This document shows, piece by piece, positions 52,255 through 62,973 of a stretch of DNA of 64,000 nt. How positions within the stretch are numbered: the stretch's first letter is position 1; each line of letters opens with the position of its first letter. The position numbers were made by a program, and so were the translations under genes. The stretch lies in NCBI GenBank assembly GCA_965224085.1, contig CBDCYI010000005.1:96001-160000 (forward strand). Direction: 5' to 3'. Origin of the DNA: Candidatus Marinacidobacterales bacterium. GTDB lineage: Bacteria > Acidobacteriota > Vicinamibacteria > Marinacidobacterales > SMYC01. The notes under the pieces are model-generated. The model searched no databases. It worked only from the letters and a program-made list of their open reading frames with translations, and had not been told where the DNA came from.

Positions 52255-53592
52255 CTATCGTTGCTCCCGACCAACAAGCTTGAGAAAACCTTTTTCCTTT
52301 AATCCGCGCACACTCTTCATGAACTCCGGAGGCGTCATCTTCATCGACTCTCGGATCGTGCCGAGGTTGCGCCGGCCGTCGACCTGCGAAAGAAGCTGCC
52401 ACTCCGCGACAGTCAAAGCAAAGGGCTCATTGACGTTGATGTCGTTCCCTCGTTGCGGGACGAGATCGAAGGCGCCGTCTTGGGGGTCAGCGTCCTTGTC
52501 CAATCGGAGCACGCCAACGGTGATGAGACTATAAACGACGCGCCCTGCCTCGAAGATATCGGTCTTCAGCTCATCGACGATTTGACGAATGGAGCGGCGC
52601 CCGTCCACGAGGTGGATGACGGCCCAGTCGGACTTCGTCAAACGAATCGACTTGGCAGACATAGGCAACAATTTGGGTATGAGGTCGAAGTTCTTGACCT
52701 TGGACGCGATCATGTTCCACGCGTCCAACCGGCGACTCGCCTCCACGAGAAGGTGCCTGGTCGATGTCGTGATGGTCCGTTTCCTGGCGGGAGTCCCGTC
52801 CTGGAACTCGAAGCGTCCCTTTTTCCAGAGCGCGAGCTCGTAGAAGGCCTTTTCGCCGACGTGCTGGTCGTGGGTCGCGTGGACGACACCGCCCTCGTCG
52901 ACGAGTACCGTCCCTTCGTGATTCGCGTTTCGGAGCTCGACGACGCCGCTACTGCTGTGTGCCAGGACCAGCTTCATGGCATCCGGGAACGGGACGCGTT
53001 CAAGAGGTACCGATACCGCTGAATCCGAGCTCTCGGTCGGAGCCACACGAGCGTTTTTGGCCGCTTCGGATTTCGCCTTTGGCTTCGCTTCGGCTTGGGG
53101 CTCGGGCTGGGCCGTGGCGGCTCTAGCAGGAGCCACGGCGGCCTCATGGGCCACAGGTGTGGGCGCAGATGCTGGAGCGCTCTGCTCTGCCCCCATGATG
53201 GCCAGACTCGAATATTTCTTGGCGCGTTTCAGCACGGACTCGATGCGGGTCCGTAGCTCGTCGGGCTCCACGGTTTTCAGCACATAGTCGTCGGCACCGT
53301 GTCGGAACCCATGGATCCGGTGTGACATCTTTTCTAGACCGGTAAAGATGATGACAGGAATCCATTCGGTCTTGGGGTTCGTCTTCAGCCGTTCGCACGC
53401 CTCGAACCCGTTCATCTCGGGCATCTCAAGATCCAACAAGACGAGATTGGGTGGATCGGACTCGACTCTTTCGAGCGCGATTCTGCCGTTCTTGGCCGCA
53501 TCCACGACGAACCCCCAGCTGGAAAGGAAGTGGGTGATCATCGCCCGGTTGTCGGGGTCGTCGTCGACGACCAGAATGCGGTCTTTTCCCAT
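52255..53592 (-). CDS. Response regulator, REC + DUF4388
   Basis: ILVVDDD, LLDLEMP, GADDY; Ala/Pro linker; GEKAFYELALWKKGRFEF, LLVEASRRLD. Confidence 0.88.
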   Translation of the reverse strand: MGKDRILVVDDDPDNRAMITHFLSSWGFVVDAAKNGRIALERVESDPPNLVLLDLEMPEMNGFEACERLKTNPKTEWIPVIIFTGLEKMSHRIHGFRHGADDYVLKTVEPDELRTRIESVLKRAKKYSSLAIMGAEQSAPASAPTPVAHEAAVAPARAATAQPEPQAEAKPKAKSEAAKNARVAPTESSDSAVSVPLERVPFPDAMKLVLAHSSSGVVELRNANHEGTVLVDEGGVVHATHDQHVGEKAFYELALWKKGRFEFQDGTPARKRTITTSTRHLLVEASRRLDAWNMIASKVKNFDLIPKLLPMSAKSIRLTKSDWAVIHLVDGRRSIRQIVDELKTDIFEAGRVVYSLITVGVLRLDKDADPQDGAFDLVPQRGNDINVNEPFALTVAEWQLLSQVDGRRNLGTIRESMKMTPPEFMKSVRGLKEKGFLKLVGREQR

Positions 53593-53734
53593 GTTTTTGA
53601 CTGTGCGGAAGCGTTTGCCCTCAATTGTAGCAACTCGGTGCGAAAAAGGGCAGGGAGATGTATCGTAAAGACCTGCCGAGACGCGCCTTATGGGCGCACT
53701 TGGGATAGGATGCGCCAAGCCCGAGGTTTTCTAG

Positions 53735-55168
53735 ATGGCCTTTATCGTTCTCGCTTTGTCTGTTGTTTTCATCATTTTGGCTATCGTCGTTGTCGATCTC
53801 CATCCTTGCTTGGCTCTCGTGCTCGCTTCCGTGCTCGTGGGCGTTGTCTCCCCACGCCCCTTGATGGAGGCGGAGCTCGAGCGCGCCGAACGCCGCCACC
53901 GCGACCTCGCACCGGAAGAGCTCGAGGGTGTACGTTCCGAGATTCTCGCCGGCAAAGATTTGCCGCAACCGGTCTTGGCTCTGGAGCTCACGGCAGAAGG
54001 ATTCGGCGCGACGGCGGCGAGCATCGGGATCGTCATAGTCCTGGCCGCTGTGATCGGGCAGTGCCTCATTGGAAGCGGTGCGGCCGATCGTATCGTTTCT
54101 GCGATGCTCGCTCTTTTTGGCGAGCGCCGCGCGGGAGCAGCGCTCATGGGCAGTGGCTACGTCCTGTCGATTCCGGTCTTCTTCGACACCGTGTTCCTTT
54201 TGCTCGTGCCGCTCGCGCGCTCGCTCAGACGGCGCACCGGCGGGCACTACGTTCTCTATGTGATGGCGATGAGCGCGGGTGCGTCCATCACGCACTCGCT
54301 CGTGCCGCCCACACCCGGCCCGCTCGTGATGGCCGAGACGCTCGGCCTCGATTTGGGAACGGCCATCATCGGTGGCCTTTTCTTGAGCATTCCCCCGGCA
54401 GTGGTTGTACTGTTCGTCTCCCATCGCGTCGATAAAACGCTGACGCCCTCCAATCTCGACAAGGGGATTTCTGATCCGGCGGGTCTCGAACCGGTTTTGC
54501 CGGGGCTTTGGGTGTCGGTGTTGCCCGTTCTGCTCCCCGTGGTGTTGATCTCCGGTCATAGCATCGTGGGCCTACTGGGGTGGAGTGAGCTTTTGGCCTG
54601 GACCGCGTTTTTCGGCAACAAGAACTTCGCTCTTCTTGCGGCCGCTTTCATCGCCGCGTGGGTGCTCAAGCGGCAAAGAGACTTGACGCTTCGACAGCTC
54701 AGCGAATTGCTCGAGCCTGCGATCGTGAGCGCGGGCGTCATCATTCTTATTACGAGCGCCGGTGGTGCTTTCGGCGGCATGTTGTCGCGTATCGGCATCG
54801 AGACGATTCTGCGTGACTGGTCCGTCGGGGGTGGCGGCGCGACGTATTTATGGCTCGCCTTCGCCGTCGCCTCGGTGATGAAGATCGCTCAAGGGTCGGG
54901 AACGGTTTCCATGATCACGACGGCAGCCTTGATGACAGCCGTGTTGCCGGAGAGCTTGCCGTACCACCGTTTCTACGTCTACGCCACCATCGGATTCGGC
55001 TCCGGCATCCTTTCGTGGATGAACGATAGCGGGTTCTGGGTCGTTTGTAAGATGAGCGGTCTCACGGAGACGGAGACGCTCCGCACTTGGTCTCTCGCCC
55101 TCGTCGTCATCGGGGTGACCGGACTTTTGGAGGTGCTCGTTCTGAGCACCATTCTTCCACTGGTCTAA
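53735..55168 (+). CDS. GntP family permease
   Basis: SGAADRI, IPVFFD, HSLVPPTPGP, KIAQGSGTV, SWMNDSGFW. Confidence 0.92.
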   Translation: MAFIVLALSVVFIILAIVVVDLHPCLALVLASVLVGVVSPRPLMEAELERAERRHRDLAPEELEGVRSEILAGKDLPQPVLALELTAEGFGATAASIGIVIVLAAVIGQCLIGSGAADRIVSAMLALFGERRAGAALMGSGYVLSIPVFFDTVFLLLVPLARSLRRRTGGHYVLYVMAMSAGASITHSLVPPTPGPLVMAETLGLDLGTAIIGGLFLSIPPAVVVLFVSHRVDKTLTPSNLDKGISDPAGLEPVLPGLWVSVLPVLLPVVLISGHSIVGLLGWSELLAWTAFFGNKNFALLAAAFIAAWVLKRQRDLTLRQLSELLEPAIVSAGVIILITSAGGAFGGMLSRIGIETILRDWSVGGGGATYLWLAFAVASVMKIAQGSGTVSMITTAALMTAVLPESLPYHRFYVYATIGFGSGILSWMNDSGFWVVCKMSGLTETETLRTWSLALVVIGVTGLLEVLVLSTILPLV

Positions 55169-55241
55169 AGGCGGCGTTTGTCATATGCCGTCAGCCTAGA
55201 TAACATCCTTCGCGGCGAGGGGTTTCGTTAGGAGTCGTGTC

Positions 55242-58200
55242 ATGAAGAAAATAGCGATGGCTTTGGCTGCCTTGGGGTTCGTTCCGACCGCGATGGCCGA
55301 GTATCCCACCAATTTGTTCTCAGGCCTCGAGTACCGGATGGTGGGCCCGTCCCGCGGCGGACGCGTCACCGCCGTGGCCGGGCATCGTGCGCAGCCGTCG
55401 ACGTTCTACATGGGCACGGTCGGCGGCGGTGTCTGGAAGACCGAGGACAATGGGATCCATTGGCATCCCATCTCCGATGGTTACCTCGCCACGGGCTCGA
55501 TCGGCGCGATCCGGGTTGCGGATTCGAACGCTAACATTATTTATGTAAGCACCGGCTCGGACGGATTGCGCAGCAACGTCATCATCGGCAAAGGCGTTTA
55601 CAAATCCACCGATGCGGGCGAGACGTGGACGCATGTGGGCCTCGAGAAGACGGGCAATAGCGGTGCCGTTCTCATCCACCCCGAGGACTACAACCTCGTC
55701 TATGTAGCGGCCATCGGCAACCCGTTCGCTGCGAACCCCGAGCGCGGTGTCTATCGCTCGAAAGACGGCGGCGAGAGCTGGGAGCAAGTCCTCTACGTCT
55801 CGGACGAGACAGGTGCTGTCGACCTGGAGTTCGCTCCCGACAACCCGAACGAGATATATGTCTCCATGTGGCGCGCCGAGCGCAAACCATGGACCATCAT
55901 CAGCGGTGGGCACGAAGGCGGTGTTTACAAGACGGATGATGGCGGCGATAGTTGGGAGCATTTAACGACCGGCTTGCCCAATGGGCTTCGCGGCAAATCG
56001 GACCTAGCGGTTTCCGCGGCGGATCCCAACCGTGTCTATGTGCTCATCGAAGCGCCGGGACAACAGGGCGGTGTCTACCGCTCCGATAATCGCGGCGTCG
56101 GCTGGCGTCAAGTGTCGGACTTCCAACCCATTCGGAACCGGCCTTTCTACTACTGCAACCTCGAAGCGCATCCGAAGACCCCGGACATCATTTGGGGAAT
56201 GGCGGAGGGCTATTTCAAGTCCGAGGACGCGGGCGCCACGTGGACCCGCCAATCCGTTCCCCACGGAGACAACCACGATATGTGGATCAATCCGGACAAC
56301 CCGGATATCTTCGTCCAGTCGAATGACGGCGGAGCGAACGTCACGCTCGACGGTGGCAAGACGTGGTCCACGCAGCACAACCAGCCCACGGCGGAGCTCT
56401 ATCAAGTAGATATCAGCGACGAGTTTCCCTACCGTCTCTACGCTGGCCAGCAGGACAATTCGACGATTTCGGTTCCGAGCCTACCGCCCCGGAGCATGCC
56501 CGGCGGCCATACGGCGCTCTGGGAAGCGCAAGGAGGCTGCGAGACCGGCCCCGCCGTGCCGAAACCGGGAGATCCGTCCATCGTCTACGCGGATTGCAAA
56601 GGCCGATTCGGGATGTTCAATCGTCGTACCGGTCAGGAGCAACATTATTATGTAGGCTTCTGGAACATCTACGGGCACAACCCGAAAGACCTTCAGTATC
56701 GGTTCCAGCGGGTGGCGCCTATCCACGTGTCGCCGCACAATCCGGATCGGGTGTACCACACTTCGCAATATGTCCACGTGACCGAGAACGGCGGGCGCGT
56801 CTGGCAGACCATTTCTCCGGATCTCACCGCGTTCACATCGGAGACGCAAGTTGTCTCCGGCGATCCGATCACGATCGACGTGACCGGTGAGGAGCACTTC
56901 GCGGTGATTTACGAGATTCAAGAATCCCCGCAAGAAAAAGGGGTCATTTGGGTTGGCGCCAACGATGGACCGATCCATCTCACGCGAGACAACGGTGAGA
57001 ACTGGAAGGACGTCACGCCTCCCGGGATCGGGCCGTACGGACGCGTGCAGAATATCGAGGTGTCACCGCACATGCCGTCTAAAGCCTATGCGGCGATCCT
57101 TCGTTACCAAGTGGGCGATTTCGAGCCCCACGTTTACAAGACCGAGAATTACGGTGAGAGTTGGAAGCGCATCACGACAGGAGATAACGGCATTCCTAGC
57201 GACCATCCCGTCCGTGTCGTGCGCGAGGATCCCGACCGCGCCGGGCTTCTCTATGCCGGCACCGAGTTCGGGATGTTCATCTCTTTCGACGACGGCGTGA
57301 GCTGGCAGGCGTTTCAGTTGAATTTACCGGTCACGCCGGTAACGGACTTGAAAATCGTCGACAAAGACCTCGTCATGTCCACGATGGGACGAAGCTTTTG
57401 GATCCTTTACGATTTGACACCGTTGCACGAGATCGACGAGCGCGTCGCCTCTGCCGACGCGCACCTTTTCGCGGTCAAAGATCCTTATCGGCTTCGGATG
57501 CCTCGTCGCGCGAATCGCTCGGCGATGTCTCCCGACGAGCCTCAATATCCCGAAGCTGGCGCCAGCATTGACTACTACCTCGCGAGCGAGCCGACGGGAG
57601 AGATCGAGCTCGAGATTCTCGATGGTGAGGGCCAGGTCGTACGCAGCTTCTCGAGCGACGCCAGCGGTGAGACCAACGTCTTGCCGGAGGAAGCGAGCAT
57701 GCGCGAATGGCGGCTCGAACGCGTGGGCACACCCAAGCTCGACAGGAGCGCGGGCATGCACCGATTCAATTGGGATCTGCGCTATCCGGGGCCGTGGCAT
57801 GAGGATGCCTCGACGTCCGGACGCCGGGGCCCGATGGCCGCGCCCGGCACCTATCAGGCGCGTCTCAAAGTCGGTGACTGGACCGAGACGGTCTCTTTCG
57901 AAGCCCGCATGGATCCCCGAATAGTGAGAGAAGGCTACGTATCCGCGGAAGATGTCACCGGCCAGGTGAGCTTGGCGCTGAAGGCACGCGATGCACTCAG
58001 TCGAGCTCGGCTCGCGGCTTCGAGACTCGACAAAGCACTCGAGAGCGCGGCGGACGGGCAGAAAGCCGCTCTCGAGCAAATCGACGAAGATCTCATCACG
58101 GTATCTCGGCGGTATTCGCAGCCGATGCTCGTGGATCAGATTTCCTACTTGTATCAGAACCTGGACCGCGCCGATCAGCGCGTAGGACGCGATGCTGTCG

Positions 58201-58286
58201 AGCGCTACGAGAGCCTCGCCTCTCAGCTCGAAGAGCAGATCGGAAAGCTCGACGAGATCTTGGGCGCAACCGAAGAGGATCGTTAG
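55242..58286 (+). CDS. VPS10/BNR (Asp-box) repeat secreted glycosyl hydrolase-like protein
   Basis: Signal peptide, GPSRGGRVTAVAG, many S/T-x-D-x-G-x-T/S-W repeats, HGDNHDMWI, YAGTEFG. Confidence 0.88.
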   Translation: MKKIAMALAALGFVPTAMAEYPTNLFSGLEYRMVGPSRGGRVTAVAGHRAQPSTFYMGTVGGGVWKTEDNGIHWHPISDGYLATGSIGAIRVADSNANIIYVSTGSDGLRSNVIIGKGVYKSTDAGETWTHVGLEKTGNSGAVLIHPEDYNLVYVAAIGNPFAANPERGVYRSKDGGESWEQVLYVSDETGAVDLEFAPDNPNEIYVSMWRAERKPWTIISGGHEGGVYKTDDGGDSWEHLTTGLPNGLRGKSDLAVSAADPNRVYVLIEAPGQQGGVYRSDNRGVGWRQVSDFQPIRNRPFYYCNLEAHPKTPDIIWGMAEGYFKSEDAGATWTRQSVPHGDNHDMWINPDNPDIFVQSNDGGANVTLDGGKTWSTQHNQPTAELYQVDISDEFPYRLYAGQQDNSTISVPSLPPRSMPGGHTALWEAQGGCETGPAVPKPGDPSIVYADCKGRFGMFNRRTGQEQHYYVGFWNIYGHNPKDLQYRFQRVAPIHVSPHNPDRVYHTSQYVHVTENGGRVWQTISPDLTAFTSETQVVSGDPITIDVTGEEHFAVIYEIQESPQEKGVIWVGANDGPIHLTRDNGENWKDVTPPGIGPYGRVQNIEVSPHMPSKAYAAILRYQVGDFEPHVYKTENYGESWKRITTGDNGIPSDHPVRVVREDPDRAGLLYAGTEFGMFISFDDGVSWQAFQLNLPVTPVTDLKIVDKDLVMSTMGRSFWILYDLTPLHEIDERVASADAHLFAVKDPYRLRMPRRANRSAMSPDEPQYPEAGASIDYYLASEPTGEIELEILDGEGQVVRSFSSDASGETNVLPEEASMREWRLERVGTPKLDRSAGMHRFNWDLRYPGPWHEDASTSGRRGPMAAPGTYQARLKVGDWTETVSFEARMDPRIVREGYVSAEDVTGQVSLALKARDALSRARLAASRLDKALESAADGQKAALEQIDEDLITVSRRYSQPMLVDQISYLYQNLDRADQRVGRDAVERYESLASQLEEQIGKLDEILGATEEDR

Positions 58287-58373
58287 CGCGTCGGAACGAG
58301 CCGTTCGAGCTCAGGGACCCAGTCGTGGATGACTTGAATCTTGTTCGTCTTTGAGCGTGGCTAGCCAGCTAAT

Positions 58374-58465
58374 ACGACCGCACTAGCGCATCAGCTCACC
58401 GTTGCCACGCGGAATCGGAGCGACTTCGAGAAAGCTGGAGTCGATTCGTTAGCCCCCTTTTCTTA
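58374..58465 (+). pseudogene. VapC/PIN toxin C-terminal remnant 1
   Basis: TALAHQLTVATRNRSDFEKAGV. Confidence 0.55.
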
Positions 58466-58581
58466 GAGCGTCGCTCGAGAGCGTGAGCCCGTCGAGCGAT
58501 GAGTTCCCTCAGTGGGAAGAATCTTGATCGCTGCGAGCCGGCCGAGCCTAGTCTCCCGGGCAACTTGCACTTCAGACTCTC

Positions 58582-58848
58582 GTGGTGTCTTATCGAAACA
58601 CCGACGTTTCGCACGCCAACCGCTACGAAAATCTGCTCACGGAGAGTCGAGGCCTGCAGGTGATCGAGATCGACCGTCCTCTACTGCGCCATGCCGCGCA
58701 GCTTCGTGCCGTGTCGGGCGTCAAGACCCCCGACGCCCTTCAACTCGCCGCCGGGATGATCGCCGGGTGTAAGGTGTTTCTCACTCATGATCGCGATCTT
58801 CCCTCCATAGGAGGGTTGGACGTGCTGCAAAAAGGACGCTACTTGTAG
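58582..58848 (+). pseudogene. VapC/PIN toxin C-terminal remnant 2
   Basis: AAQLRA..GVKTPDALQLAAG..GCKVFLTHDRDL; the N-terminal acidic motif is missing. Confidence 0.7.
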
Positions 58849-58878
58849 AACTGTTCCATCTAGCGAATCCTCACCTCA

Positions 58879-59463
58879 TTACGACGCACTCTCGGGAGGA
58901 CCCTCCCAGCGCGCGAACAAATCCTTGCCCAGCTCGATGTCGAGCACGTCGAGGACGCGATTGACGGTTTGATTGATGATGTCGTCGATCGTTTTCGGGC
59001 GATGGTAGAAAGCGGGCATCGGGGGCATCAAGATCGCACCCATCTCCGTAACTTGCGCCATCAGACGGAGGTGTCCGAGGTGAAGCGGTGTCTCGCGGAC
59101 GACGAGAACGAGCTTGCGGCGATCCTTCAAAGCCACGTCGGCGGCACGCAACAAGAGATTGTCACTATACGCGTTAGCGACACCGGACAGCGTCTTCATG
59201 GCGCAAGGGATGACCACCATCCCGGTCGTCTTGTAGGAGCCCGAAGACAGCGACGCGGCAATATCGCCGAAGCTGTGGACTTCGCTGGCTAGTGCCTCCA
59301 CTTCGCTCACCCCGAGGTCGGTTTCGAGGACGATCGTTTTTTTCGCCGCGGGACTCATCACTAGGTGTGTCTCGACGCCTTCCACCTCCTGCAGCACCTC
59401 GAGCATGCGAACGCCATAGATGACGCCGCTGGCGCCGGACATACCGATAATCAACCGTTTCAA
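58879..59463 (-). CDS. ubiX: Flavin prenyltransferase UbiX
   Basis: GMSGASG, SSGS, PCAMKTL, RAADVALKDRR, RETP, PPMPAFY. Confidence 0.95.
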   Translation of the reverse strand: MKRLIIGMSGASGVIYGVRMLEVLQEVEGVETHLVMSPAAKKTIVLETDLGVSEVEALASEVHSFGDIAASLSSGSYKTTGMVVIPCAMKTLSGVANAYSDNLLLRAADVALKDRRKLVLVVRETPLHLGHLRLMAQVTEMGAILMPPMPAFYHRPKTIDDIINQTVNRVLDVLDIELGKDLFARWEGPPESAS

Positions 59464-59552
59464 ATCGCAATCTCCTCACGGTGTCCGAGCTTCACCGAAT
59501 TGTCGATGAAGAACATGCGCTCCGGCGTCACTTCGTACCAAGCGATCTTAAC
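59460..59552 (-). pseudogene. C-terminal remnant of a pyridoxamine-5'-phosphate-oxidase-like protein
   Basis: KIAWYEVTPERMFFIDNSVKLGHREEIAI*, with its stop overlapping the ubiX TTG start. Confidence 0.5.
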
Positions 59553-60092
59553 TCGCGTAGATACGGCCGCGACCCCACACGCCTTCCGCTCCATGGGTGG
59601 CGAGCGTCATCAGGGTATGGCCCTCCACGTAAGCCGCGGCCCGGTCTTCTCGTCTCAACGCGTTTGCTAGGTTCGAGCGACATGAACGACGATCTTAGGA
59701 CGACGCCGGACTGTGAGCAACCGCATAGATCCTCGAAAAGGGATTTGGAAGCGGTCGGTTCACTTTACTCGAAGCGTTCCGCGAACTAGTCATGACGATG
59801 AGACGCGAGCTCGCGCGCAAAGACCGTTTTGCGATCGTGATGCCCGTCGAGTTCGTTCGCCGAAAAACTTTGAGACGTTAGATTTTCGATCTATCGAAAT
59901 CTGAACAGGTACTCCGCCGTTCTGTTTCGCAGCTGGAATCGGCGTTCGACCGTCAATCGAGGTGTCGCGCGCGCGAGCGTGCGCTCGGAGTGATTCGGCG
60001 ATGGTCGTACCCGTGACGCCCGAGTCTCGTTGAGCAACGTCTGCGCGTCGACGATACTGTAGTTCGACGGTGTCCCCGGAGACCAGCCCTAA

Positions 60093-61457
60093 ATGCGAAA
60101 AACAATCATTCCACAACCAAGCCTATGCGAGCCCTGGCTGGAGGTGGAGCACGCGCGCGAACTCGAAGCGATATCATCGCTGCTCGATGCCCATCCTAAG
60201 CTCAATGAGCTGGTACTGCAAGACCTGAGGTCGGTCACCCCATCGGCAGGGAGCGATGTTGGTCGTGGGGGAATGAGCGCGGAGCAGGTTCTCCGGGCGT
60301 TGTTGGTCAAGCAGCTGAATCAGTTCACCTATCGGGAGCTGGCGTTTCACTTGGCAGACTCTCGAAGCTATCGGACGTTTTGCCAGCTCGGCATCATAGA
60401 GCCGAGCCCGTCGAAGTCGACCCTAGCAGCAAACATCAAAGCCGTGAAGTTCGAAACGCTGGAGAAAATCAACCGAGAGTTGGTGAGTGTTGCCGAGAAG
60501 ACCGCGATCGAAAAAGGAAGAAAAGTACGAGTGGACTGCACGGTAGTGGAGTCGAATATTCATTCTCCTACGGACTCCGAGCTTCTTTATGACTGCGTCC
60601 GAGTTCTCACTCGCCTCATGTGCCGAACTCGCGAACTGCTGGGTACAGTAGTGGTCTTCGGCAATCGAACGCGTCGAGCGAAGAGACGTCGACTGGGAGT
60701 TCTAAACGCGAAGGATAAGGAACAAAGGCGTCGCGTCTATCGAGATCTACTGAAGGTGTCGGAAGAAACCTATCGCTCCGCTCAACGCGTTGCAGACCAG
60801 TTGGACGAGTCCGGCTTGACCGAGCCGGTGAAGCGAGCGAGTGCGGAGAAGATCGCCGCGGATTTTAAGCACTTTCTCGTCCTCACCGAAAAAGTCATCA
60901 ACCAAACTCGGCGTAGAGTGATTGATGAAGAGCGTGTGCCTGCGGAGGAAAAGGTCGTTTCGATCTTCGAAGAACACACCGACATTATTCGCAAAGACCG
61001 GCGCGAGACTCTCTACGGTCACAAGGTGTGTTTGACTGGTGGCTCGTCCTCGATGATTTTGGATTGCGTGATCTTGGATGGGAATCCGTCCGATTCAACT
61101 CTCGCGGAAACCATGATCGACCGTCAAGTCGAACTCTACGAACGGGCCCCGCGCCAGGTTGCCTACGATGGCGCGTTTTCTTCAAAGGCAAACTTGGAAG
61201 CCATCAAAGGCAAGGGAGTTGAAGATGTTGCCTTTACCAAGGCTCACTTCGCGGTGACCGATATGGTCAAGAGTTCCTGGGTCTATCAACGCCTACGGCG
61301 ATTTCGCTGCGGAATCGAAGGCGTCATTTCGTTCTTGAAACGAGTCTTTGGTCTCGACCGATGCACATGGCGCTCATTGCCTTCTTTCAAATCCTACGTA
61401 TGGAGTTCCATCATCACCTGCAACCTGTTGGTAATGGCAAGGCACCTATTACGATAA
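60093..61457 (+). mobile_element. ISNCY/IS5-related DDE transposase (intact ORF)
   Basis: GRGGMSAEQVLR, RVDCTVVESNIHSPTDS, KVVSIFEEHT, YGHKV, YDGAF, RCGIEGVISFLKR. Probable right end ~61634; left end not found. Confidence 0.88.
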
Positions 61458-61700
61458 TAATGATTGCTCTTACTGCGTTTATAGCCATGGATTGCTGACG
61501 ATTCGCCTCTCGTTTCGTCCAAGATTTTCATTCGCTTCCGAGCCTACGAGGTGCCGACTGAAAACGTATAATACCCACATCTTCGATAGGCCTCTCGTAC
61601 ACCACAAGTTATGGTGTTTCTGGACAGGTACTAGCTAGCGGCTCTGACTTTTTTCGAATCGAGCCAGGTGTCGTGAGAGGTGGGTTGGATTAGGCGGAGC

Positions 61701-61976
61701 TCAGTAGCGTCGACCGCCGCCGCCGCCGTCACGATTCTTTGGCCGCGCCTCATTGACGACGAGCGTGCGTCCATCGAACTCATGCTTGTTCAGCGAATCG
61801 ATCGCTGCCGTTGCGTGATCTTTCTCGACCATGGAGACGAAGCCGAAGCCGCGAGAGCGTCCGGTGTCCCGGTCGGTGATGATGCGGACTTCTTCCACGT
61901 CGCCGTGCTCTGCGAAGAGGTCCCTTAATGCGCTCTCAGAAGTGTTGAAACTTAGGTTACCCACGTAAATCTTCAA
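61701..61976 (-). CDS. RRM RNA-binding protein
   Basis: KIYVGNL, TGRSRGFGFV, VNEARP, Gly-rich tail; TTG start after GGAGG. Confidence 0.93.
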   Translation of the reverse strand: MKIYVGNLSFNTSESALRDLFAEHGDVEEVRIITDRDTGRSRGFGFVSMVEKDHATAAIDSLNKHEFDGRTLVVNEARPKNRDGGGGGRRY

Positions 61977-62093
61977 CGCTACTTCCTCCAGCCTGTGACC
62001 CGATGAGACCTGGAGCCAATCCAGGGGCACAGGGCAAGGCTCATCCAAAAACGCGGCCAGTATACACCATTTCCCGCCGCCGTTAGTCGAGCG

Positions 62094-62844
62094 CTAGTCG
62101 TGCCGGAGGGCGCGAAGAGGATTCACACGCGTGGCCGTGAGTGCCACCAAGTTCGTGTCGAACACCGCGACATCGGCCAACTGAGAATACCCGTGAGACG
62201 GCCGCTTGCGTCCTTGGCGATCTCGCCGTCAGGAGGGGAAGGCGTGCTCTCATCGATGCCGGCAGCCTCGAGCGCAAGACTATTGGCAAGATGCATGCTG
62301 CGGTCGAAACGGCTGACAAGAACGGGATGATCGGCCGTGACCGCGTCGATCAAACTACGATTCGGCGTGAACGGGCCATCCTGAGCTGGTCCTGGCGGAT
62401 TCTCGCCGCTCGATCCCTCCCCCAATGATCGTAGGCGCCCTACATCCCGCGCGCAATCCAGCTACCCTCGGGGAGTCTGGATGCGGTCTCTTGAATCCGC
62501 TTCTTGAAACCATCCGCGGTGTGAACGTCGAGGAGGTTCACGCCGGTCAAGAGCCTGCCGGTGCTCTCCACATGGACATGGGAATCATTGAAGCCGGGCG
62601 AGACGAAGGCGTCGCCGGCATCGATCGCGCGCGTGTCCGGGCCTTTATACTTCTCGATCTCCGCGTTCGTACCGACAGCGAGAATCCACTCGCCACGGAT
62701 GGCCAGGCCCTCGGCCCAGGGTTGGCCCTCGTCGAGCGTGTATACGCGGCCGTTGACGATTACGAGATCGGCGACCTCTTGGGCTCCGTCCGCCGGAGCG
62801 AAGAGGAAGACTGCAAGAATCGATGCGACGGCGAGCGTTATCAT
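62094..62844 (-). pseudogene. Amidohydrolase (YtcJ-like) remnant
   Basis: ADLVIVNGRVYT, PGFNDSHVH, break at ~62440, LANSLALEAAGI...GRLTGIL joined directly to C-terminal LADVAVFDTNL. Confidence 0.8.
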
Positions 62845-62973
62845 GTTTGGTTGCCTCCCGAGGGCGCGTAGTTTATCAGTGATCAGCGACATGCGGATGT
62901 CACCAGCTGCCGGTTGGTCTCCGGCGTGCCGTTGAGCCAGAATAGGGCCGCGTGAGGGGCGAGAGGAGCAAAA

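Noticed and set aside
59901-59913. CTGAACAGGTACT as the left end of the ISNCY element
   Set aside because: It resembles the putative right end (61620-61632) in direct rather than inverted orientation, so it cannot be supported as a terminal repeat.
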